This document shows positions 10,182-17,804 of a stretch of 61,032 nt of DNA, piece by piece. Made by a program: the position numbers and the translations under genes. The stretch is from Actinomycetes bacterium (GTDB lineage Bacteria > Actinomycetota > Acidimicrobiia > Spongiisociales > SHLN01), in NCBI GenBank assembly GCA_024638625.1, contig JAHEJY010000002.1, positions 1 to 61,032 of the forward strand, written 5' to 3'. The notes beneath the pieces are model-generated. The model saw only the letters and a program-made list of their open reading frames with translations, had not been told where the DNA came from and ran no database searches. Every line of letters starts with the position of its first letter. Position 1 is the first letter of the stretch.

Positions 10182-10732
10182 GGCGAACGCTCCCCCACTG
10201 AAAGATCCCCAGGGAGTTCAGACGTTTCCCGGAAGGGATTCCCAACATCACGTCTCTCATGGAGTTGCGAAGCAACTTCCAAGGAACCCGAAGCGTTCCC
10301 CGCACCTCCCAAGGAACCGGGAAGGTTCCCAGTCTCATGGAGTTCAGACCCAGCTCCCAGGAGTTGCGAAGCAACTCCCAAGGAAACGGGAAGGTTCCCA
10401 GTCTCATGGAGTTCAGACCCAGCTCCCAGGAGTTGCGAAGCAACTCCCAAGGAACCCGAAGGGTTCCCAGTCTCATGGAGTTCAGACCCAGCTCCCAGGA
10501 GTTGCGAAGCAACTCCCAAGGAACCCGAAGGGTTCCCAGCGCCCCCCGAGATGACAGGCCGCAGCTCGATGACGTCGTCGGGTTCCAGGTGCTCCGAGGC
10601 GAGAAGCAACTCGCCGTCACGGATGACCAGGACCGTCTCCGGAAGAATCTCGAGCCACTTGAGGACTGAGCTGACAGTCGACATGCCATCGACCTCCACC
10701 TCCCGCGTGGGGTGGCGGAGGATGACCTTCAT
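10178..10732 (-). CDS. ThiS/MoaD/TtuB-family ubiquitin-like sulfur-carrier domain (residues 1-64, ending ISGG) with a repeat-encoded 120-residue in-frame tail
   Basis: MKVILRHPTREVEVDGMSTVSSVLKWLEILPETVLVIRDGELLLASEHLEPDDVIELRPVISGG is the beta-grasp carrier pattern. There is no stop after GG. The frame continues through the 69-bp repeats to a TGA that overlaps the ttuA ATG. Whether the tail is translated is uncertain. Confidence 0.6.
   Translation of the reverse strand: MKVILRHPTREVEVDGMSTVSSVLKWLEILPETVLVIRDGELLLASEHLEPDDVIELRPVISGGAGNPSGSLGVASQLLGAGSELHETGNPSGSLGVASQLLGAGSELHETGNLPVSLGVASQLLGAGSELHETGNLPGSLGGAGNASGSLEVASQLHERRDVGNPFRETSELPGDLSVGERSP
10213..10540. repeat. Tandem array of 69-bp units, each carrying two perfect hairpins (three near-identical units plus degenerate ones)
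   Basis: The period of 69 bp is seen from GGAGTTGCGAAGCAACTCC at 10360, 10429 and 10498, with one mismatch in the copy at 10261. The second hairpin, GGAACCCGAAGGGTTCC, is at 10451-10467 and 10520-10536, with degenerate copies further left. Confidence 0.95.
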
Positions 10733-10852
10733 CAGCTCGTCAAGACGCCGGCAAGCACGGTGAGGACCATGCCGACCACGACGACGACTGCCACGATTTG
10801 CACAAACTTCTGGCGGTTCTTAAACACGGTTCGAAAGCCTAACCTGCAGAGT

Positions 10853-11152
10853 GTGAAGTTCTACCGCTACGCAATCTCGCAGCTGTTCAAATCAACCCGA
10901 ACCCGCCAATCGCCATGGATCATCGGATTCTGGGCAGGTGCGTCGGTATTCAGCTATCTGAGGAAACGCACTGCGCCGAACAGAGTGCGGCTGACCCGTA
11001 AGTCTCTGAAGCCCGGGGCGAGCTACATCGTTCGCGTGCCGAAGGGCACCGGTCCGGTCGGATCCGACCTCTCCGCGATTACCGGAGATCTCATCAAGGA
11101 CTACCCGATCTCAAAACGTCAGCTCAAGAACATGGACCGGGGCAAACGCTGA
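10853..11152 (+). CDS. Hypothetical small basic protein with one predicted TM segment
   Basis: Candidate GTG start at 10853 within ORF 10712..11152, chosen because the ORF's earlier part overlaps the minus-strand operon. VKFYRYAISQLF...SPWIIGFWAGASVFSYL.... Codon pattern looks coding. No recognisable family. Confidence 0.35.
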   Translation: MKFYRYAISQLFKSTRTRQSPWIIGFWAGASVFSYLRKRTAPNRVRLTRKSLKPGASYIVRVPKGTGPVGSDLSAITGDLIKDYPISKRQLKNMDRGKR

Positions 11153-11153
11153 C

Positions 11154-11351
11154 TTAGCGAATTCGATATATCTCGAGTTGTTGGCCGGCGACACTTCCGC
11201 CTTTACGTCGGCCCAGGAGAAACACCACTGCCATCGCGATCACGATCACGATCGCGATGATCGTGCCTTTGTTCTTGATCGAGGCAGCAGTCTCGTCCAC
11301 CGCTTGCTGCAATTCGCCGAACTTCTTCTTCAGGTCATCGGGTTCAATCAC
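11154..11351 (-). CDS. Hypothetical small membrane protein (N-terminal helix plus one C-terminal TM segment)
   Basis: 65 aa. MIEPDDLKKKFGELQQAVDETAASIKNKGTIIAIVIVIAMAVVFLLGRRKG.... It lies downstream of the holin-X-like gene. Confidence 0.5.
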   Translation of the reverse strand: MIEPDDLKKKFGELQQAVDETAASIKNKGTIIAIVIVIAMAVVFLLGRRKGGSVAGQQLEIYRIR

Positions 11352-11403
11352 ACAGCATCCTCTCCATCGCGGTCCTCTCCGTTGTCCTGTCTCGGGGTGA
11401 TCC

Positions 11404-11727
11404 TCAACCGGATCCCGACGACGTATCGTCCCGGGACGTCGACGCTCGCCATCCCACGAATGCGGCCAGCGCCAGCATCACGACTCCGCTGATCATATAA
11501 CCGGTCCCTTGCCAAATGGTGGTGTCCGGGAGCAGTCCGACCACGATCCGCATGCCTGCCACACCGAGAAACAACGTTGCCAACCCGAATACCAGGGCTG
11601 CGGCGACGCCGTAGCCTGCGACTCTCCCCAGGTTCTTGGCAGGCTCGAGCGTTTCTTGCCGCAGATACTGCTTCGACAAATCGAAGGCTTCTCTGGCAAG
11701 TTCGGGGATTTCCTGGGTGGCTGACAT
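11404..11727 (-). CDS. Holin-X-like (phage holin family 3) two-TM membrane protein
   Basis: 107 aa. An amphipathic N-terminus is followed by two hydrophobic segments (GYGVAAALVFGLATLFLGVAG ... GYMISGVVMLALAAFVGW). The architecture resembles actinobacterial 'Holin-X' proteins. Assignment is by pattern only. Confidence 0.5.
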   Translation of the reverse strand: MSATQEIPELAREAFDLSKQYLRQETLEPAKNLGRVAGYGVAAALVFGLATLFLGVAGMRIVVGLLPDTTIWQGTGYMISGVVMLALAAFVGWRASTSRDDTSSGSG

Positions 11728-11862
11728 GAGGCAAATCTAGTTCCCTGCGGATCCTCGATGTATTCCTTACGTCTGCTGCTCGGCAAACCGGCCCGGGGAT
11801 CCCCGATTGATATGTCCGAATCGGTCTCTTCGCACCTGCGGACGCAACCTAATCTCGCGTGA

Positions 11863-12789
11863 ATGACTCGCCTCGTCAGCACGTCGCGTGGATCCAACGA
11901 CCAAGCCTTCGGGGCGTCGGAGTGGGCACTGTTGGCCGTCCCGGCCTTCATCTGGGGCGCGTCCTTCTATTTCATCGCCGTCGCGCTCGAGTCGTTCCCG
12001 CCCCAGATCGTCACACTCGGTCGCATCGCGTTCGGATTCGCAGCGCTGAGCGTGATGGCCCGGGTTCGGGTTCCGATCGATGTCGGCGATCGCTCCCGAT
12101 TCCTTCTGCTCGGGGTGCTCTGGATGGCCTTTCCGTTCGCGATGTTTTCTTTCAGCGAACAATGGATCGACAGCGCGGTGGCAGGCATGCTCAACGCAGG
12201 AACGCCCATATTCGCGATGCTGGTCGGTTCACTGCTCCTCAAATCCATGCCAAGGTGGGTGCAACTGGCGGGGGTTGCTCTCGGTACGATCGGCATCGGC
12301 CTCATCTCATGGCCTTCGCTCGGAGAAGGGTCGGTTTCGGCGCTGGGCGTGGTCATGGTGATTGCGGCCAACGTCAGTTACGGGGTCGCCCTCAACCTCG
12401 CTGTCCCTCTCCAACAAAAATATGGTGGTCTCCCGACTATCTGGCGTACCCAGATGGTGGCATTGGCGATCTGGATTGTTCCCGGACTCTGGGCAATCCC
12501 GGACGTTGATTTCGCGTGGGGGCCGATGGTGTCGCTCATTGCCCTGGGCGTGCTCGGCACGGGCGTGGCGTTTGTCCTGGCCGCGACGCTCGCCGGCCGC
12601 GTGGGTGGTCCCAGGGCATCGATTCTCACCTATTTCATGCCAATTGTGTCGATCGCGCTGGGAGTTCTGTTTCTCGACGAGGTCATCACCGGTTGGGAGC
12701 TGGTCGGGGCGGCCACACTTCTCGCCGGGGCGGTCGCCACCAGCCGACGCGAGCGATCGAAGGTACGCATAATCAGCCGGGCCGGCTAG
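11863..12789 (+). CDS. EamA/DMT-family transporter
   Basis: 308 aa, about 10 TM segments, duplicated EamA-like halves (WALLAVPAFIWGASFYFIAVAL...). Confidence 0.85.
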   Translation: MTRLVSTSRGSNDQAFGASEWALLAVPAFIWGASFYFIAVALESFPPQIVTLGRIAFGFAALSVMARVRVPIDVGDRSRFLLLGVLWMAFPFAMFSFSEQWIDSAVAGMLNAGTPIFAMLVGSLLLKSMPRWVQLAGVALGTIGIGLISWPSLGEGSVSALGVVMVIAANVSYGVALNLAVPLQQKYGGLPTIWRTQMVALAIWIVPGLWAIPDVDFAWGPMVSLIALGVLGTGVAFVLAATLAGRVGGPRASILTYFMPIVSIALGVLFLDEVITGWELVGAATLLAGAVATSRRERSKVRIISRAG

Positions 12790-12815
12790 TCGTGCATGGG
12801 TTGACTGCCAACCAC

Positions 12816-13703
12816 CTAGTCGTGAACCAGGGACGCCAACGCTTTGTCGATGTGTTCGTGGTCGAACTCATAGCCCGAGTCACTCAGCTTGTCGGCCGAG
12901 CAGCGCTGGCTCGCCATGATCATGTCTTCGACCAGTTCTGATCCCTGCCAGAGCGCCAATGCGGCAGCTGGAACGGGAATGATCGCAGGCCGGCGCAGTG
13001 CTTTGCCAAGCTGTTTTGTGAATTCTTTGTTCGTGACGGGATTCGGTGCAACCAGATTCACCGGGCCTTCGACGTCGGCATCGAGGAGGTGACATATCGC
13101 CGCCACTTCGTCTGCCAGGGTTATCCATGACCACCAGGATTGACCCTTGCCAAGGGGTCCGCCGAGGCCAAGTCGAAATGGCAACAGCAGCCGCTCGAGT
13201 AATCCACCATCCGGCGACAGCACGAGGCCGGTCCGAAGGAGCGCAACCCTTTTGCCCGCATCTGCGGCAGGCCGGGCAGCCGCCTCCCATTCGACGCACA
13301 GCTGTGCAAGAAAGTCATCCCCGGGAGGCGAAGACTCGTGCAGGATTTCGTCGCCGTTGTGCGCGCCGTAGTACCCGATGGCCGATCCAGACAACAACAC
13401 CTTGGTGTCTGGAGAGGCGGCCACGGCCTCCGCAACCAGCCTGGTTCCGATCGTACGGCTCTCGACCAATTCCTTCTTGTACTCATCGGTCCAGCGTTCG
13501 TCAGCCAGCCCGGCGCCGGCCAGATGCACAACCGCATCGATTCCTTCGAGGGAATCGATCATGCCCTCAGATGGTTTCCAATAGAGCTCGCCCAGGCCAG
13601 GCGGACGCCGAACGACCGGTACCGCCTCTCCGTAGAGGCGATGCAGGACGTCGACCAGGGTCGAACCGATAAAACCGCTGGCTCCGGTAACCGCAACACG
13701 CAT
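12816..13703 (-). CDS. TIGR01777/YfcH-type epimerase-family (SDR39U1) protein
   Basis: Likely start is the ATG at 13701-13703 (MRVAVTGASGFIGSTLVD...), giving a Rossmann GxxGxxG motif. The C-terminal DUF1731-like region ends ...DKALASLVHD. The ORF extends to 13877, but that part overlaps the divergent gene's start region. Confidence 0.8.
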   Translation of the reverse strand: MRVAVTGASGFIGSTLVDVLHRLYGEAVPVVRRPPGLGELYWKPSEGMIDSLEGIDAVVHLAGAGLADERWTDEYKKELVESRTIGTRLVAEAVAASPDTKVLLSGSAIGYYGAHNGDEILHESSPPGDDFLAQLCVEWEAAARPAADAGKRVALLRTGLVLSPDGGLLERLLLPFRLGLGGPLGKGQSWWSWITLADEVAAICHLLDADVEGPVNLVAPNPVTNKEFTKQLGKALRRPAIIPVPAAALALWQGSELVEDMIMASQRCSADKLSDSGYEFDHEHIDKALASLVHD

Positions 13704-13743
13704 GCGCAAATCATAGGATCCCGCACGAACGAAGAGGAGATAC

Positions 13744-14154
13744 GTGAACGACACCAAAGACGTACTCAGCAAGTATCGGACGATCGCCGTGGTCGGCCTT
13801 TCGCCCAACCCGCTACGAGATGCGTTGGGAGTCGCAAACTTCCTGAAAGCCATGGGATATGAGGTTGTAGGGGTCAACCCGAATTACCAGGAGATACCCG
13901 GGTTCCAGATGTACTCCACCCTGGCTGATATTCCGGAACCTCCCGATATCGTCGACATCTTCCGAAGATCCCCCGGTCCCCACGTGGACGAAGCCATTGC
14001 GGTGGGGGCAAAGGCGGTGTGGATGCAATTTGGTGTCATCGACCACGAAGCCGCCGGGCGCGCCGAAGCCGCCGGCCTCGATGTGGTCATGGACAGATGT
14101 CCCAAAGTGGAGTACTCCCGGTTCTTTGGTCGCACCCCGCTGCCATCCGTCTAG
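13744..14154 (+). CDS. CoA-binding domain protein (YccU/YneT-like)
   Basis: 136 aa. YRTIAVVGLSPNPLRDALGVANFL...VGVNPNY...DIVDIFRRS...GAKAVWMQFGV. Confidence 0.85.
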   Translation: MNDTKDVLSKYRTIAVVGLSPNPLRDALGVANFLKAMGYEVVGVNPNYQEIPGFQMYSTLADIPEPPDIVDIFRRSPGPHVDEAIAVGAKAVWMQFGVIDHEAAGRAEAAGLDVVMDRCPKVEYSRFFGRTPLPSV

Positions 14155-15389
14155 ATCCGCCGTCGTTCATCCGGCAGACCGAACGCGACGACGCCAATTG
14201 CCAGCGGGACGAGGGCGAGCAGCGCACCGGCCCGCCCGTACCCGCCGGTGGCATCACGGAGGAGCGATAGCGCGATGGGGCCGACCGCGGACGCGGCGAC
14301 ACCGGCAAACGTTGCGACGCCCCGGATGGCGCCGATATGGCCCACACCGAACCAACGGGGAAGCAGAGTCTGGTCGACCGACCGCATGGCTCCCCCCGTC
14401 GCACCCATGGCCAGAACGTAGAGAAGAGCGCTCAGCCCGGGAGCGGCGCGACCTGCCAAGACCAGTGAGAGCGCCATCAGCCCCATTGCAGCGGGCACCA
14501 TGACCCGGCCCGGCAACCGGTCTGTGAAATAGCCGAAGCCGATGCCCGCCAAAGACGCGGCCAGAACTTGCGGAAGGAACGTGGCGGCAGCCTCGGTTTC
14601 CGTCAACCCGGCGCCGGTCAGGATGTCGATCTGTTGGAAGTTCAGGCCGGTGATCAGCATGGCAACCGTCATCGTTGCGGCAGTGAGAATCCAGAATCGC
14701 CCGGTGCGCAGCGCCTGCGGCCGGGTCACCGTCTCCGACTGCAGCATCGTTCTGATCTTTGCGGACGGCACTGACCCCCCATCGGGAACCTGTCCGACGT
14801 CAGCCGGCTTGTCGATCAGGCCGAACCGGGCAATGGGGATCACGGTCAGCCAGATCGTCACCCCGGCGACCACCCAGGTCCATCGCCAACCCAGAAACCC
14901 GATCCCCTGGTTCAGGAGAATGGGAGCCAACCCCATGAGGGCACTGACGCCGGTCGCAAGAACGCCGATCGCGAGACCACGGCGATGCTCGAACCAGTGC
15001 GTGACGGCCACGCCGCTCGCCAGGGAGAGAGAACCCTGGCCGAAGAACCGGATGAAAACGAAACCCAGGGCAAGCGTTAGGACCCCTCCGACCCCTGACA
15101 TCGCGATCAAGGAAATCCCGAAGGACAAACCGATGAATGTCGTGGCCAACCGGACTCCCCGGCTATCTATGAACCGGCCCATGAGCGGCAACCCCAGTGA
15201 CGCCGTCAGGGTGCCCACCAGGTAGGCGGTCGAGACGGCGCTCCGGCTGAGTTCGAGATCTTCGATGAAACGGTTGACAAAGACCGAAACACCGATCGTC
15301 TGTCCTGGTCCGGTGAGACCCCCGAGCAGAATGGCAAAGGCGACAACCCGCCAGCCGGAGAAACCCGGTTTGGCGACTAGTTGTTGCAC
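14151..15389 (-). CDS. MFS transporter
   Basis: 412 aa, about 12 TM segments, typical MFS loop motifs. Confidence 0.85.
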   Translation of the reverse strand: MQQLVAKPGFSGWRVVAFAILLGGLTGPGQTIGVSVFVNRFIEDLELSRSAVSTAYLVGTLTASLGLPLMGRFIDSRGVRLATTFIGLSFGISLIAMSGVGGVLTLALGFVFIRFFGQGSLSLASGVAVTHWFEHRRGLAIGVLATGVSALMGLAPILLNQGIGFLGWRWTWVVAGVTIWLTVIPIARFGLIDKPADVGQVPDGGSVPSAKIRTMLQSETVTRPQALRTGRFWILTAATMTVAMLITGLNFQQIDILTGAGLTETEAAATFLPQVLAASLAGIGFGYFTDRLPGRVMVPAAMGLMALSLVLAGRAAPGLSALLYVLAMGATGGAMRSVDQTLLPRWFGVGHIGAIRGVATFAGVAASAVGPIALSLLRDATGGYGRAGALLALVPLAIGVVAFGLPDERRRI

Positions 15390-15422
15390 CCGGCGAGCTT
15401 AGAGACGCCAGAGAACGTGTGG

Positions 15423-17258
15423 CTACTCCAGGCTGCCGGCTACGGGAATCTGGCCCGCGGCGGGAACGAAGAAGCGTTCGTCAGCCACCCTTGTTTCGTT
15501 TTCGTAGCTGAGATAGACGACGCTGTCGGAAGGGCGCAGCACGCCCAGCGTGTCGTCGCCATCCCCATCCCAGTCGCCAACCATGATGAGGTCGTCCGGG
15601 CGTCCGAAGAAGAATTCGATTTCTGCGGGGCCTGTGGTTCGACTATTTCGCAGATACGCAAATCCGTTGGTGGCGCGGTAGGCGCCGATGTCGGTCGTGC
15701 CATTGCCATCCCAGTCGCCGGCAATCGGCGTATCCGAGCCCAGCCCGTAATAGAAGACTTCATCGGCGAAACCGGTGGTGAGGCTGTTTCTCACAAGAAT
15801 GAGCCCGTCCCGGAACACCGCAAGTGTGTCGCAGCCGTCATCGTTCCAATCGCCGGCCAACGGGATATCACCGCCGATGCCCAGGAAAAAACTGCTCTCG
15901 GCAACCCCGAAGGCGTTGGAGTTGCGGAGGTATGCGAAACCATTCGAAGGGCGGAACATGCCCACCGTATCGATACCGTCACAGTCCCAATCGCCCAGGA
16001 GCGGGATATCGCCAGGAACCCCGTAGTAGAAGGATGCACTATTGGCGGGGACTGCCCACAGGCCGGTGGCCGGATCAAAGATACCAACCGCCGGGTTCAC
16101 CGGTCCTGTCGGCGGTGGTTCCTCAATCACCAACGGCAGGGAATAGACATCGGCCCCGCCGATGTAGGTGGTTGTCGTCCCGGGAAGACCCACCAACAAC
16201 GCGTCTCTGGTCAGATCAACCGAAGAGCCAAAGAAGGATCCTGGATTGGCCACATCGGGCACAGGGGTGACGGTTCCGCCGCTGACCCACTGCCCGGATG
16301 GTTGCCGATCGAACACCGACGCGGCCCCATCGGTACCCAAGCCAGGAGCGCCCACCGCCAGCCGTTCCCCGACGAGGGCTACGTCGAATCCGAACAGCGT
16401 CCCGGTTGTCCCGGCTTCGATCTTGGTTTCCTGGACCCAGAAGCCGCCACTGTTGCGGGCGAAGACGTAAACACCTTCGTCGGAACCCACCGCTATTCGA
16501 CCGGCGTCAATCGAAACGCTTCGCCCAAAGGCGCCCTGCCGGGCCGGGTCCGAAGGGTAGAGGGTTGCCGTCCGTTGCCACGTCCCACTCCTCAGCGTGA
16601 ACACATGAGCGGCGCCCGCTCCGGATGCAGCGATCGAGTCGGCTGGAGCCCCGACCACAACGGTGTTCCCATCGATGGCAAGCGCGTCGCCGAAACGGTC
16701 GAAGAGAGAAGCCGCGGGAGATGAAAGAGTGGTTACCAGTGGCCAGCCGCCGGCCGGACCGTTTTGAAACAGTGAGACAGTGCCGTTCAAGTCGGCGTCG
16801 ATAGCAGAGACGAGCACGGTCGATCCTTCGATGGCAACCTCGGTCCCGAAGCCTTCGTTTCCTGTGAGCGTCTGGCTGATGTTCCAGAACCCATCCACCA
16901 CGGTAAAGATGGTTGCACGATTCTGGCCGGGAGCTCCGACTACCGCACGGGGTAACGACAGATCGACGGAAGCGCCGACCCTGGCGCCTGCGGTGCCAAG
17001 GCCCGTGATCGCGGCAGCCTCTCGCCAGCTTCCATCGGGGTTTTGGGAGTAGAGGTACAGAGCACCACGATCGTCGGTTCCCGCCCGCGGAGCCCCAACC
17101 GCCGCCGTGGTGCCGTCCAGTGCAACGGAGAACCCGGTAGACGCGCCCGCCTCCAGGTCTCCGGGAAGCCGGTGCTCCGGGTCGTCCGCCAGCGCCGGAA
17201 GCGCGAGAAGTACCAGGATGCCCAGCGCGAGCATCAATCGGTATGCCATCACCATCAT
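15423..17258 (-). CDS. Secreted FG-GAP/VCBS-repeat protein
   Basis: 611 aa with a signal peptide (MMVMAYRLMLALGILVLLALPALADD). The N-terminal half has repeats of G.xFG.SV.L.G.T..VGAP. The C-terminal half has repeats of GDWDGDG.DT.G..R.S.G..YLRNS. Confidence 0.8.
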   Translation of the reverse strand: MMVMAYRLMLALGILVLLALPALADDPEHRLPGDLEAGASTGFSVALDGTTAAVGAPRAGTDDRGALYLYSQNPDGSWREAAAITGLGTAGARVGASVDLSLPRAVVGAPGQNRATIFTVVDGFWNISQTLTGNEGFGTEVAIEGSTVLVSAIDADLNGTVSLFQNGPAGGWPLVTTLSSPAASLFDRFGDALAIDGNTVVVGAPADSIAASGAGAAHVFTLRSGTWQRTATLYPSDPARQGAFGRSVSIDAGRIAVGSDEGVYVFARNSGGFWVQETKIEAGTTGTLFGFDVALVGERLAVGAPGLGTDGAASVFDRQPSGQWVSGGTVTPVPDVANPGSFFGSSVDLTRDALLVGLPGTTTTYIGGADVYSLPLVIEEPPPTGPVNPAVGIFDPATGLWAVPANSASFYYGVPGDIPLLGDWDCDGIDTVGMFRPSNGFAYLRNSNAFGVAESSFFLGIGGDIPLAGDWNDDGCDTLAVFRDGLILVRNSLTTGFADEVFYYGLGSDTPIAGDWDGNGTTDIGAYRATNGFAYLRNSRTTGPAEIEFFFGRPDDLIMVGDWDGDGDDTLGVLRPSDSVVYLSYENETRVADERFFVPAAGQIPVAGSLE

Positions 17259-17771
17259 TTAACTGCCGCCAGACCCGTGCGTCGAACCCATTTCTGCAAA
17301 TCCGGTCTGGCGCATGGCCTCGTAGAGGACAATCGCCACGGAGTTTGACAGGTTGAGGCTGCGGCTTCCGGCCCGCATTGGTATCCGGAGGGCAGCGGTA
17401 ATACGTTCATGCTGAAGTATGGCCGCAGGAAGCCCGGTTGATTCCTGGCCGAACAACAGGACATCCGTTGGCGCATACTCGACCGAGGTGTAATCACGTT
17501 CCGCATCACGTGATAGGGCGAACACCCGGGATATGGCGAGGTTGGACAACATCGACTCGAAATCAGGATGCTCTACCACGTCGGCGTATTCGCGATAGTC
17601 CATGCCGGCTCGCTTCAGTTTGGTGTCGTCGAGTGGAAACCCCAGCGGGTGCACCAGATGCAACGTCACCCCGGCATTGGCGACCAACCGCATGACATTT
17701 CCCGTGTTCGGCGGGATCTCGGGTCGATACAAAACGACGTGGAACACGCACGCACTGTAGATCCTCAGCAT
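17259..17771 (-). CDS. trmL: tRNA (cytidine/uridine34-2'-O)-methyltransferase TrmL (SpoU/TrmH family)
   Basis: 170 aa. VVLYRPEIPPNTGNVMRLVANAG...RIPMRAGSRSLNLSNSVAIVLYEAMRQTGF. Confidence 0.85.
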   Translation of the reverse strand: MLRIYSACVFHVVLYRPEIPPNTGNVMRLVANAGVTLHLVHPLGFPLDDTKLKRAGMDYREYADVVEHPDFESMLSNLAISRVFALSRDAERDYTSVEYAPTDVLLFGQESTGLPAAILQHERITAALRIPMRAGSRSLNLSNSVAIVLYEAMRQTGFAEMGSTHGSGGS

Positions 17772-17804
17772 GTCCTAACGCACCATTGCTGCTCTAATGA
17801 CGGC

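Noticed and set aside
10213-10540. Considered whether the regular repeat array is a CRISPR array.
   Set aside because: The whole 69-bp unit is repeated, so there are no unique spacers. There is no leader and no cas genes. The array sits inside an operon in frame with the flanking genes.
10095-10763. Plus-strand ORFs across the repeats (for example the 222-aa ORF with SWSSDPAPRSCEATPKE repeats, and 9979..10554 and 10259..10669).
   Set aside because: They are antisense to a tightly coupled minus-strand operon. They are open only because the repeat unit lacks stops in five of six frames.
11154-11727. The holin-X-like gene and the small membrane-protein gene, considered as a prophage or lysis-cassette remnant.
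   Set aside because: There is no endolysin, integrase, or structural or att-like sequence nearby. Such pairs are common chromosomal genes in actinobacteria.
15381-16724. Long ORFs antisense to real genes. Examples are 15381..16724(+), 24803..26146(+), 27846..29000(+), 54589..55722(+), 20404..21510(+), 47085..48203(+) and 18867..19556(-).
   Set aside because: These are high-GC shadow ORFs opposite genes with clear family signatures. Their products are low-complexity, rich in Arg, Pro, Gly and Ser.
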